The notes below the pieces were generated by a model, which searched no databases, was not told the origin of the DNA, and saw only the letters and a program-made list of their open reading frames with translations. Source: a virus. From it: 64,000 nucleotides of DNA. A program made the translations under genes and the position numbers. The stretch lies in IMG/VR virus record IMGVR_UViG_3300027736_002225; one strand, given 5' to 3'. Positions 17,106 to 26,332 of this stretch are shown here, piece by piece; within the stretch, counting starts at the first letter, position 1; each line of letters starts with the position of its first letter.

Positions 17106-17120
17106 CTCCTAATAAGCGAG
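17106..17120 (-). promoter_or_regulatory. ROSE-like RNA thermometer hairpin
   Basis: CTCGCT-TATT-AGGAG: U(U/C)GCU motif opposite the SD, upstream of the hsp20 operon. Confidence 0.55.
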
Positions 17121-17134
17121 TGTTTTAATAATGT

Positions 17135-17349
17135 GCTACCCCGAAGGCGTAGCGTTTGTTCCTGCTTACTTTATACAGGGCCAACTAACGAGTGGCAGTG
17201 AAATATCTCGGACGCCTTATACCGTAGCATCAAACAGCCCTAAGGTGGGTACCTTGAAGAACGGATACGCCAGGGAATCCGCCGTGTTATTAGTGTGCGT
17301 TTTAACTTGTGGCGTAGGTCGCACCCCCTGCCATCCCATCCCGGGGATA
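17135..17349 (-). ncRNA. GC-rich multi-pseudoknot structured RNA
   Basis: Several hairpins and H-type pseudoknots plus a cUUCGg hairpin, starting just after a late promoter. Confidence 0.6.
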
Positions 17350-17353
17350 AAAT

Positions 17354-17361
17354 TATTTATA
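17354..17361 (-). promoter_or_regulatory. T4-type late promoter
   Basis: TATAAATA. Confidence 0.65.
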
Positions 17362-17680
17362 CAGTAAACGAACTACCGCATCCACAAGTATGCTTAGCAT
17401 TTGGATTTGTTATAACAAATTCCTTTGACATAAAAGAACCTTTATAGTCAATGACAGCCCCTGTTAAGTATTGCATACTAATAGCATCTATTAGTAATTT
17501 AAAATTGTCAAGCGGTATTTCAAAATCATCTTCATTTTTTACATGATCTAACGTAAACCCATAATTAAATCCTGAGCAGCCACCACCTTGGACAAAAGTT
17601 CTAAGACAAGCCTCGGGATTGTCTTCTTCAATTAATATGTCTAGTATTTTAGACTTTGCAGCATCTGTTACTGTAATCAT
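17357..17680 (-). CDS. erpA: A-type Fe-S carrier (ErpA/IscA, HesB family)
   Basis: GGGCSGFNYGF, NPNAKHTCGCGSSF. Confidence 0.9.
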   Translation of the reverse strand: MITVTDAAKSKILDILIEEDNPEACLRTFVQGGGCSGFNYGFTLDHVKNEDDFEIPLDNFKLLIDAISMQYLTGAVIDYKGSFMSKEFVITNPNAKHTCGCGSSFTV

Positions 17681-18035
17681 GGATCGCTGCCTTTATAGCA
17701 TCTTCTGCTAGAATTGAACAATGTATTTTAACTGGAGGGAGGGCTAGCTCTTTTGCAATTTGTGAGTTTTTGATGTTAGCAGCATCATTAATATGCATAC
17801 CCTTAACCCACTCAGTAACCAACGACGAACTCGCGATTGCTGAACCACATCCATATGTCTTGAAACGAGCATCTCTAATAAAACCATTATCATCCACTTT
17901 TATTTGTAATTTCATTACATCGCCGCAAGCCGGTGCACCGACCATTCCCGTTCCTATACCGGATTCGTTTTTATCAAAGCTTCCAACGTTTCTTGGATTT
18001 TCGTAATGATCGAGAACAGTTGTTGAATATGACAT
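17649..18035 (-). CDS. iscU: Fe-S cluster scaffold IscU
   Basis: DHYENPRNVG, APACGD, GCGSAIAS, LPPVKIHC. Confidence 0.95.
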   Translation of the reverse strand: MSYSTTVLDHYENPRNVGSFDKNESGIGTGMVGAPACGDVMKLQIKVDDNGFIRDARFKTYGCGSAIASSSLVTEWVKGMHINDAANIKNSQIAKELALPPVKIHCSILAEDAIKAAIHDYSNRCCKV

Positions 18036-18040
18036 ATAGT

Positions 18041-18048
18041 TATTTATA
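18041..18048 (-). promoter_or_regulatory. T4-type late promoter
   Basis: TATAAATA a few nt upstream of the iscU ATG. Confidence 0.6.
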
Positions 18049-18055
18049 CGGATTA

Positions 18056-18484
18056 TTAGTCCGTAGTTTGCTTTTTCTTGCCAATATTGTATTTTGTTTG
18101 TAAAGACCATTCATGTTTGTCTTTAAAAGCAATTACTTTAATCTGCGATAATGGAGCAAGTTGTTGAAACAATTCTGCTTTTATAACTTTTACTAAACCC
18201 CAATCTATTAGCAATTTAGCAATTGTATTACGTCGCTCCAGATCATTATCCGTTAGATCGGCAGATTTGCCATCTAACGCAAACAATTCTTTAAAGTGTA
18301 CAATAAAATATCTGCCCTGTTTATGCAGAATATGACACGATTGATATAGCACCTTATCTTTTCGTGATGCCACGCCAATACGTGTGAGTGTTTCTCGGAC
18401 TTTTAAAAAGTCGTCCGGTTGAGTTAAGGTTACTTCTAATGGATTATAACCAGGAAAATCAATGTGAAAAATATCTTCAGCCAT
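18056..18484 (-). CDS. regA: translational repressor RegA
   Basis: DDFLKVRETLTRIG, LYQSCHILHKQGRYFIVHFKE. Confidence 0.95.
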   Translation of the reverse strand: MAEDIFHIDFPGYNPLEVTLTQPDDFLKVRETLTRIGVASRKDKVLYQSCHILHKQGRYFIVHFKELFALDGKSADLTDNDLERRNTIAKLLIDWGLVKVIKAELFQQLAPLSQIKVIAFKDKHEWSLQTKYNIGKKKQTTD

Positions 18485-18923
18485 TCCTACCACCTTTTAT
18501 TAGTTTTATTCTTAAATAATCTAATTTATTTTTATCAAAGAGTGGGAGTACTTGGCGTGCTTTTTCTGTGCTATATCCATAGTATTCCTTTATCACTTCG
18601 ATCGCTTCAATTTTCTCAGCCTTAATCCATTTATTGAATCTTTTTTTGGGCCTAATTATATTTATTAAAAACGAATTTTGAAGCTTTTTATCGAGATGAG
18701 GACGGGAATTCATCTCATTTGCTGGAATTACTGTGTCGTGACCGTATGAAAGTCCTTTATTAATGATAAACGGATTATATTGTTTCTCAGACCAATCGTC
18801 AACTATTAAATTATCCTTAGAATAATGAATAGCATTAATAAAATCGAAAGGCGATATTGCTGGCGCCTTATAGGGCGTTACTGTTATTTCTTCTTTTGGC
18901 TTACCTAAAAAATCTAAACTCAT
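18477..18923 (-). CDS. 62: clamp loader small subunit (gp62)
   Basis: YNPFIINKGLS, KEYYGYS; synteny with gp44/regA. Confidence 0.9.
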   Translation of the reverse strand: MSLDFLGKPKEEITVTPYKAPAISPFDFINAIHYSKDNLIVDDWSEKQYNPFIINKGLSYGHDTVIPANEMNSRPHLDKKLQNSFLINIIRPKKRFNKWIKAEKIEAIEVIKEYYGYSTEKARQVLPLFDKNKLDYLRIKLIKGGRNG

Positions 18924-18934
18924 AGCATTTACTG

Positions 18935-19876
18935 TTATTTAAATTCAACAGAAGCCATAATCTCAGTTAAGCATGCAACCAAATTAATTTCTTGATCTGC
19001 GCAAAATGCGGACTTATATTGATAATCAGCAAGTAATAGAATCAATTGCGGAACCTGTACTACGCTATCGCAGAAAGTATCATAGAACTTTCTAAATAGA
19101 GTTTGCGGATCATTGTCAATGTTATTAACAACCCATGTACGCATTTTCTTCCAGTCTTTATCTTTAAGAGAAGAAACCAATTCCTGCATATTGGCTTCGC
19201 CCATATTAACAAGAATGCCTTCGTCAATTTTACCTGAAGAACTATAACGCTGCATTTCATTTAGAATACGACGATAATCAGGGAAATGCTTTTCAATTAC
19301 TTTTGCTGCAACCTTTTGATCGAAGTCAACATTCTCATGCTTAAGAATTTCGCATACTCGTTTAAAGAACGCGCCAGCAATCTTAGGCTTTTCGCTCTTA
19401 GGTAATTTAAATTCTATAACAGTTGTTCTAGAATGAAGCGGAGGAATAATACGATTCTTAAAATTACAAGTAAAGATGAACCTGCAATTCGATGAGAATT
19501 CTTCCATAAAAGCACGAAGTGCCGGTTGTGTAGAATTTGGATTCAAATAATCCGCTTCATCTAGAATAACTACTTTTGCTTTACCGCTAAATGATACAGT
19601 AGATGCAAATTGTTTAATTTTTGTTCTTAGAACATCAATACCAGATTCTTCTGAACCGTTAATGATGATATAATCAGTTTGTAACTCTTCGCATAATGCT
19701 CGGGCAATAGTAGTCTTACCCATACCAGCACCGCCGCACAATAGCATATTTTGAATCTCTCCTTTGGAGAGCATTTCCTGAAAGACCTTCTTTTGATCTG
19801 CAGGAAGAATACAATCTTCTAATGTGCGTGGCCGATACTTTTCAACCCACAAAAACTCTTGTTCACGAATATCCAT
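18935..19876 (-). CDS. 44: clamp loader large subunit (gp44)
   Basis: LWVEKYRP, GMGKTT, LDEAD. Confidence 0.95.
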   Translation of the reverse strand: MDIREQEFLWVEKYRPRTLEDCILPADQKKVFQEMLSKGEIQNMLLCGGAGMGKTTIARALCEELQTDYIIINGSEESGIDVLRTKIKQFASTVSFSGKAKVVILDEADYLNPNSTQPALRAFMEEFSSNCRFIFTCNFKNRIIPPLHSRTTVIEFKLPKSEKPKIAGAFFKRVCEILKHENVDFDQKVAAKVIEKHFPDYRRILNEMQRYSSSGKIDEGILVNMGEANMQELVSSLKDKDWKKMRTWVVNNIDNDPQTLFRKFYDTFCDSVVQVPQLILLLADYQYKSAFCADQEINLVACLTEIMASVEFK

Positions 19877-19912
19877 AATAATCCCATAATATTAAATTTT
19901 GTAAGGCACAAA

Positions 19913-20107
19913 TTAATTATTAGAAACAATAATTGTATCTTCTAATTCTTTTTTCAATGCTGCAATTCTTTCTTCCAAAACAGAAATTGCTGTATTATAA
20001 TGACCCGTCCCTTCTTTCAAACGGTCAAAATAATACCTACGCAAAGTTTCTGCTTCTGTTTCTAGAACTGCGATATATTCTTCATTTGATGTATGGAAGA
20101 TTTTCAT
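19913..20107 (-). CDS. hypothetical protein
   Basis: 64-aa ORF coupled to gp45. Confidence 0.6.
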   Translation of the reverse strand: MKIFHTSNEEYIAVLETEAETLRRYYFDRLKEGTGHYNTAISVLEERIAALKKELEDTIIVSNN

Positions 20108-20760
20108 ACTACAGAATCCGGTTCCATTGCAATAAAATATTCTACAGATTTTGTAGCGTGTTTAAAGTGAAACAATTTCTTTTTAGAGATTGTAATTTCA
20201 TAAGCATCAGGAATTACTTTAAAATTATCTACAGACATATGGCATTCAAATGCATCTTTGCTTGAACCAATTGTACGTTTATACGTATTTGCTGTATCAT
20301 TTTTCTTATCCCCTACAGTAAGGACAACATTGCCATCCTTAGATGTTACTGAGATTGTTGGGGCAGCTGTAATGTTTGCTGCTTTAATAATCATATTAAT
20401 ATCTTCTGCGGTCAAGCTGAACTTGAAGTGAGAATCAATTTCAATAGATTTATCTGGAGCTGAAACAATAACGCTTGCGTTAGAATAGAAGTATTCAAAC
20501 TTGCCATTGTTCTTAGAAATGGTCAAAGACTTTTCACCGAATTCAACATCTTGATTTTCCATCAATGTTAGCAAAGCCAACAAAGAGTTTAGATCATAGA
20601 CAGGAACTTCAACAGGAAAGTCTTCAGCCACAGTTGCTTTAGCAAAAATGTTTTTTGCTGTACTGATTGTGGACAAAGTCTTTCCTTTACGAATCAAAAT
20701 GTTACTGTTGATCGCAGCAAAATTCTTTAATAGTTGGATTGTTTCATTACTAATTTGCAT
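20104..20760 (-). CDS. 45: sliding clamp (gp45)
   Basis: LLKNFAAINSNI, YDLNSLL, YFIAME; synteny. Confidence 0.9.
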   Translation of the reverse strand: MQISNETIQLLKNFAAINSNILIRKGKTLSTISTAKNIFAKATVAEDFPVEVPVYDLNSLLALLTLMENQDVEFGEKSLTISKNNGKFEYFYSNASVIVSAPDKSIEIDSHFKFSLTAEDINMIIKAANITAAPTISVTSKDGNVVLTVGDKKNDTANTYKRTIGSSKDAFECHMSVDNFKVIPDAYEITISKKKLFHFKHATKSVEYFIAMEPDSVV

Positions 20761-20779
20761 AATATTTCCTTTTCAATTT

Positions 20780-21088
20780 TCAAACAGGGTGGTGGTCAAT
20801 AGTTTTATCTGTATCGTTGACTTCGATATCATGTACATATAAAAGCATCAATGCGTAGTGTAACACCTTTAGAAGGTCTTGTCTATTCCTTCCTGCTTTT
20901 TTTCCGTACCTTTGGACATATTTCATGACGTTCCCTGCGGTGAATCCAACGCCATGTCCATTATCAATAATAAATTCCGTTGCTTGAAATTTATTCATTG
21001 AATAGTGTTGACCATATGTTTTATCAATATAGTCTTTAAATTCCTTAATAAGTTCGCCTTCGTTGTACTTATAATTTATTTCCGCCAT
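20780..21088 (-). CDS. DUF3310-like protein
   Basis: HYS...GFTAGNVMKYVQRYGKK...DLLKVLHY. Confidence 0.75.
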   Translation of the reverse strand: MAEINYKYNEGELIKEFKDYIDKTYGQHYSMNKFQATEFIIDNGHGVGFTAGNVMKYVQRYGKKAGRNRQDLLKVLHYALMLLYVHDIEVNDTDKTIDHHPV

Positions 21089-21801
21089 GGTAAATTTCCA
21101 TTATATAATTTGTTCATATGTTCATTTCCTCTAAGGAAGAACTCCGCTTGCACCGAATCTGATCTGTTTCCTGCTCTATAGTTAACAGTATACTTACCGG
21201 TTGCTGCAGCCTCAATTGTATTGTCTTTTAGTGTATATGTCAATGCTCGATCAACTTCAGGTTGATCGTCGGGATGTCTTGCGCGTCTATACCAAATAGG
21301 AGACAATTGTAATGCCAATGGTTTAGCAAAAAAGAAACAATTAACATCGACAAAGTAATCGTCTATAACTGATTTATAGTCTCCTAGACTTTCACAGTCA
21401 TCGTTGCAAATAAATTTGCCATCCGAATCCACAATCTTTCTTAATGAGTATGCCCATTGTTTATCTCCAATTGCATTCATTAGATTTTCAATGTGATCTG
21501 GTTCTAACCAATTATCCTCATCCAAGTAGCAGATATAGTCGCCTTTAGCAAGATATGTACTTGCGCCATAAATTCTATGGCCATTATATTGTTCAAGTCC
21601 CGTTGCATATGGTAATACCATATAATCAAGATTTGGATGGTTAAAATCTAATATTTGTTTTGTTGCATCAAATGATCTGTGTTCACCATCTACAACAACT
21701 AGATGTTGTATGTTTTTATAGGTTTGTTTTGCAACTGATTCTATATTCTTTCTTAAATATTTAGAACCAGTTGTTGCCGTAACAATAGTAACGTCTGTCA
21801 T
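21076..21801 (-). CDS. GT2 glycosyltransferase
   Basis: HLVVVDG, YLDEDNW, VDVNC. Confidence 0.8.
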   Translation of the reverse strand: MTDVTIVTATTGSKYLRKNIESVAKQTYKNIQHLVVVDGEHRSFDATKQILDFNHPNLDYMVLPYATGLEQYNGHRIYGASTYLAKGDYICYLDEDNWLEPDHIENLMNAIGDKQWAYSLRKIVDSDGKFICNDDCESLGDYKSVIDDYFVDVNCFFFAKPLALQLSPIWYRRARHPDDQPEVDRALTYTLKDNTIEAAATGKYTVNYRAGNRSDSVQAEFFLRGNEHMNKLYNGNLPWRK

Positions 21802-22445
21802 ACGTCTCTCACATAGAATTCATTCTGCTCAATAACTTTATCTTTAGTCCAACCAAATTGAGATAAATAATCTTCAATTTCAGCATTCTTCCAATTGTTC
21901 TCAATAACCAATAATTTAGTTTTATATTTTGTAGTATCAAAAGATTTTAATACATCCAATTCTGTTCCTTCAGTATCAATGGTGATAAAATCAATAACAG
22001 GGTGTTCAAAATAATTTTCAATAATCCAATCTAAACGTCTTGAAGGTACATTAATTTTAAGTTCTTGCGGATCAAGCCCCATTTCTTTATGCGCTTCTAC
22101 TAATTTTTGATCTACCTGCAAACCACTCATACCGCCCCATGGTTGGTGCCCTTGGTTTTGATAGTTGCAGTATACTATTGTAAATTCTGCATCATTTGTA
22201 TTTTCAGTAGATACTGCACAATTTAATGCCTGCTTTCTTTTTTCTTCACAAGAATCAAAAAATCTAGGGCCTGGTTGTGGTTCTATTACTAAACAATCCC
22301 ATCCTAATGATTTCTCAAAATAATATGTGTTTGAATGAGTAATACCATCACTGCCGCCAACCTCAATACATTTACCAACGTATCCTTTTGGAAAATATTC
22401 CTCAATGAATTTATCTTCTTCGGAAGAACCATAATATTGTGCCAT
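21798..22445 (-). CDS. FkbM-family methyltransferase
   Basis: EVGGSDG, SNTYYFE, IEP, IDTEGTE. Confidence 0.9.
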   Translation of the reverse strand: MAQYYGSSEEDKFIEEYFPKGYVGKCIEVGGSDGITHSNTYYFEKSLGWDCLVIEPQPGPRFFDSCEEKRKQALNCAVSTENTNDAEFTIVYCNYQNQGHQPWGGMSGLQVDQKLVEAHKEMGLDPQELKINVPSRRLDWIIENYFEHPVIDFITIDTEGTELDVLKSFDTTKYKTKLLVIENNWKNAEIEDYLSQFGWTKDKVIEQNEFYVRDV

Positions 22446-22456
22446 ATAATTTGCCT

Positions 22457-23155
22457 TTAATTTATAAGAATGCCGTTACTGAATTTAAATTCTTTTGGAG
22501 TGTTTTCTGGATTATACCCATTACATTCTTTAAGTGTTGGCGGATATAATGGTACATCATCCTCATTATATCCGTTGCCACAAAAATCATAAGGGTTTGC
22601 TAATTGTTTTCGTGTTTCGCCGAACCAACCTTCATTCATAGAATGTATCATTGCATTATCTCTAACCATAGGCCATATAACTTCTTTTAAGAATATTTGA
22701 TCGCCTAGATAATATGCAAAATTTTTCATATAATAATACATTAGATTATACATTGGATTATTAAATCTACCTTTATATCCAAAAGCACATCCTATGATAG
22801 GGAATTCGTAATGAGCTTCATGATCTTGAAATGTATGGAATTTTTTATCAGAGTTTAACCATTCATTAACTGCTCGTTGTTCTCTGATAGTTATTCTGCT
22901 ATCGGAATCTCGGACAATTACAACATTATCATCTGATTCAAATAAAGCTTTAAATCTCCAGAACATACCATAACTGTCATCTGTTACTTCTATAATATTA
23001 GCATCAGTTAGATTTTCAAACTTTCGTTTGTCGTCAGTATAAATTCTAAATTCCCAATCAGGGTAAAATTCTTTTGCCAATTCATATTGTCGATTGGCAC
23101 CAACAATGTAGCGGGGCGAATCGCCCCACACAGATATAGATATAATCTTTCTCAT
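22457..23155 (-). CDS. putative glycosyltransferase (GT-A-like)
   Basis: KIISISVWG, MFWRF, VRDSDSR (DxD), DQIFL. Confidence 0.55.
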   Translation of the reverse strand: MRKIISISVWGDSPRYIVGANRQYELAKEFYPDWEFRIYTDDKRKFENLTDANIIEVTDDSYGMFWRFKALFESDDNVVIVRDSDSRITIREQRAVNEWLNSDKKFHTFQDHEAHYEFPIIGCAFGYKGRFNNPMYNLMYYYMKNFAYYLGDQIFLKEVIWPMVRDNAMIHSMNEGWFGETRKQLANPYDFCGNGYNEDDVPLYPPTLKECNGYNPENTPKEFKFSNGILIN

Positions 23156-23156
23156 T

Positions 23157-24359
23157 TTAATATCTAGATTTTCTTTCAACAATAATTGCCGGACGTCCAC
23201 TATATCTAGCTTTCTTAAATGCAAGTTCTAAATCTGCACCAGTTACAGGATCATATACCGGGAAACTTACTGCGGTTCTAAGCATATTTGTAAAGTCTTG
23301 CGAGTGAGTAATTCCTGAATAGAAAGGACCGCCATCTGCAGTAACTGCTCTGATAATTACAGGAACAGTATACTCTCCATGAGAAATTCTTTCAATTTTG
23401 TCAATATGATTAACAATCGCATCCATTGCAACTAACATAAAGTCATGACGTTCAAAATATAGAACTGGAATAAATCCTTCAAATCCCATACCAATTGCCA
23501 ATCCAGCCATTAGATTTTCTGCAACAGGAGTTTCTAATTTTTGTTCATCAGATACGCCTTTCAATGTTCCCATTGCGTTACCGCCTGGAGCATTGTTAAC
23601 ATTATATCCAATAAAGATTGCGCCTTCGTTGCCCAATTCGGTCATTGCCTTAAATGCGGCATCTTTATATTTTAATTCGTCAACTGTAAATTCTGGATAT
23701 TCGATTTCCTTTAAAGGCGGGAAATATTCATCATCTGTTTTCTTAACAGCTTTTGATAAATCAATCATGCCGGGTTTTCTAGCGTGCGGGTATGTAATTT
23801 CATATTTGTATTTAATAACAGAAGGAGAATTCCAAACATAGTCTGCAGTTTTGCCCCAACGCTGATCGTTAGTTGCTTCTACTGACCGGTTGTTATTCTC
23901 AATAACAAACTTACAAGGCAAATCCCATCCATCCACATAACGAATTGCTTCATAGGTGTGTCCGTTATCTTCTGTTCCATCTCCAATAAAGCACCACACT
24001 TTTTGCGTAGATCCTTTACGTTTCAACGCCCACGCAAGACCTGCTGCAATTGCAGGCGTTCCGCCAATAATTGCAGAACAGAAAAAGTTTCTAGCTTTGT
24101 CGTAAATAAACATACTACGCCCATTGAGAATTCTATCCTCAACTACTTCTGCGGGAATACCATGCAACAACGCATGATAATGGCTTCTGTGATTAGAAAT
24201 AACATAATCGCCTTCTTTAATGTCTTTAAAGATATCAATTAGTTGTGTTTCATTACCACCAGATAGATGGAATAAAAATGGTAATTTATTATCTAAATAT
24301 AGCTCGCCAATCCTGTCCTCAAAGGCAATTAGCTCTTCCGGTGTCCAATCTCTTTTCAT
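23157..24359 (-). CDS. TPP-dependent dehydrogenase E1 alpha-beta fusion (compact)
   Basis: HLSGGNE, SNHRSHYH, GDG...ENN (TPP site), then ETPVAEN and THSQ (beta domain). Confidence 0.85.
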   Translation of the reverse strand: MKRDWTPEELIAFEDRIGELYLDNKLPFLFHLSGGNETQLIDIFKDIKEGDYVISNHRSHYHALLHGIPAEVVEDRILNGRSMFIYDKARNFFCSAIIGGTPAIAAGLAWALKRKGSTQKVWCFIGDGTEDNGHTYEAIRYVDGWDLPCKFVIENNNRSVEATNDQRWGKTADYVWNSPSVIKYKYEITYPHARKPGMIDLSKAVKKTDDEYFPPLKEIEYPEFTVDELKYKDAAFKAMTELGNEGAIFIGYNVNNAPGGNAMGTLKGVSDEQKLETPVAENLMAGLAIGMGFEGFIPVLYFERHDFMLVAMDAIVNHIDKIERISHGEYTVPVIIRAVTADGGPFYSGITHSQDFTNMLRTAVSFPVYDPVTGADLELAFKKARYSGRPAIIVERKSRY

Positions 24360-25393
24360 TTAATGCTCTCCTTAAAATTAATAACAATTCTTCCAGCTTC
24401 GCCATTTCTCATTTTAGCAAAACCATCATTTATATCTTCTAAACCAATTACATCGGTTACTAGTTTGTTTGCAAGTTCAATATTATTATCGATGTGCATA
24501 ATAATATCGGCCAAATCATTCTCAGGAACAAAATTGCCACCATCTGAACTAAATATTTTTATACCATCAAATATTTTTAACGCATTGTCCAATGTTAATT
24601 TTTCGCCCGTCTTTGGTTGACCAACTAATACTAATGAGCCTTGTTTACCAAGAAGAGAAAATGCCTTGGAAATTACATCTGTATTTCCTGAAGTGTCAAT
24701 ACAATAATCCATTAGAGAAGATTCTGCAAAGAATGATGGGGCAGTTTCATATGAAAAATACTTTGCACCAAATTGTTCTACAAATGGACGCTTAACCTCA
24801 TAACGATCAACTAATGTAACATTTACATTATATAACACTTTTAGCCAGAATGCAATAGTTAATCCCAATCCACCAGCACCAGTAATTAAAATATTTGAAT
24901 TATCTTTTATTTTCAAATCATATTTTACAATACCATATGCTGTAGAAAACGCACATCCCATTAATGGATATAGATTTGTTAATTCTGTTTTATAGTCTAC
25001 AGGAGTAACTCTATTTTCGGAAACAATTGTTTTCTCTGCAAAAGTTGTTACTGGGCCCGAACCAACGAGTCCCAATTTGGAAAAATATTTGCCACCAAAA
25101 CAATCGCAACCGATACCTTTTCTCCAATGTAAAACAACATAATCACCGGGTTTTACTTTAGTAACATTGTCGCCAATTTGTTTTACTTGACCAAATCCTT
25201 CGTGGCCCATAAAATGGGGCATATACTTGTCCCATCCTTTAACCGCATCTATTTCATTTATTTGTGCGCCGCAAAGACCAGATGAGATCATTTCAACTAA
25301 TACTTGTCCTTCAGTAGGATCTTGATGTTCAAATTGCTCAATACTTAAAGGTTCAAAATGCTTGCGCATTACCGCTGCCGAAAAAGTTTTCAT
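24356..25393 (-). CDS. Zn-dependent alcohol dehydrogenase (MDR family)
   Basis: GLCGAQ, GHEGFG, GAGGLG. Confidence 0.9.
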   Translation of the reverse strand: MKTFSAAVMRKHFEPLSIEQFEHQDPTEGQVLVEMISSGLCGAQINEIDAVKGWDKYMPHFMGHEGFGQVKQIGDNVTKVKPGDYVVLHWRKGIGCDCFGGKYFSKLGLVGSGPVTTFAEKTIVSENRVTPVDYKTELTNLYPLMGCAFSTAYGIVKYDLKIKDNSNILITGAGGLGLTIAFWLKVLYNVNVTLVDRYEVKRPFVEQFGAKYFSYETAPSFFAESSLMDYCIDTSGNTDVISKAFSLLGKQGSLVLVGQPKTGEKLTLDNALKIFDGIKIFSSDGGNFVPENDLADIIMHIDNNIELANKLVTDVIGLEDINDGFAKMRNGEAGRIVINFKESIK

Positions 25394-26331
25394 ATAGTTT
25401 TATTTCCTTTCATTAAATCTTCCAATTTTGCTCTATATTGTATTCCCGAGGATACAAATTTTGCAGCCAATTTATTTGCATAACCAATACTTTCCTCAAA
25501 AGAATGCCCTTCTAAGAAACAAAAACTTAGAACAGCTAGTACAGAATCTCCCGCACCACTTAATTCTTTTACCTTCACTTCTTCCGCCTTTGAGTGTATT
25601 AAACCGAGCACGCTATCATAAGCGTATATTCCATCATTACCTGCAGTAATAACTATTTTTTGAATTCGTAATTTATTGCAAATTATTCTACACGCTTCTT
25701 CCATTGAAAAATCGGATGCGTATCGCAATCTAATTTTTTCAAATTCATATTTGTTTGGTTTTATAACTGTTGCTGAGGTAAAGATACTTAGATCATCTCG
25801 TTTTGTATCAACTAATACTGGGATGTTGTACATATTTGCAATCTCTATAATAGATTCTGCAACTTTCTTTGTGATAACACCTTTTTTATAATCAATCAAT
25901 AGTATATCATCAAATAAAGATATGTTATTCTTAACATATTCTATAATTTCATTCTCAGTATTTTCTAATAGTGGATGTGTAGATTCGTTGTCATATCTAA
26001 GTAAGTGTGCATTTTTATACTTAGATATCAATCTAGTTTTTACAGTAGTTTTTCTGCCTGCTTCTTTTGTAATAAAGCAGTTACTGTTAAGATGAAAGTT
26101 ATCGTTAAAAGTAGAGACCACTGAATCATAATCATTACCAACAACCGAAATAAAATTTACATTATGTCCCAATGAACATATATGTGCAGCAACATTGTAT
26201 GCGCCACCGAGCATATCTACTTCATCTTCTGTATCTAATACTAATGTCGGTGCTTCTGCAGAGATTCTTGTAGCATTACCATAAATAAACCTATCAAAAA
26301 TTAAATCACCTATAATCAAATGTCTTTTCAT
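25390..26331 (-). CDS. PfkB-family heptose-7-phosphate kinase (HldE/RfaE domain I)
   Basis: RISAEAP, GGAYNVA, DYKKG, SGAGD. Confidence 0.85.
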   Translation of the reverse strand: MKRHLIIGDLIFDRFIYGNATRISAEAPTLVLDTEDEVDMLGGAYNVAAHICSLGHNVNFISVVGNDYDSVVSTFNDNFHLNSNCFITKEAGRKTTVKTRLISKYKNAHLLRYDNESTHPLLENTENEIIEYVKNNISLFDDILLIDYKKGVITKKVAESIIEIANMYNIPVLVDTKRDDLSIFTSATVIKPNKYEFEKIRLRYASDFSMEEACRIICNKLRIQKIVITAGNDGIYAYDSVLGLIHSKAEEVKVKELSGAGDSVLAVLSFCFLEGHSFEESIGYANKLAAKFVSSGIQYRAKLEDLMKGNKTI

Positions 26332-26332
26332 A

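Noticed and set aside
17131-17367. 78-aa plus-strand ORF
   Set aside because: Antisense to the local transcription direction, no SD, atypical composition; better explained as structured RNA.
23157-24359. Pyruvate dehydrogenase as a central-metabolism gene
   Set aside because: Truncated fusion without E2/E3, located inside a sugar operon.
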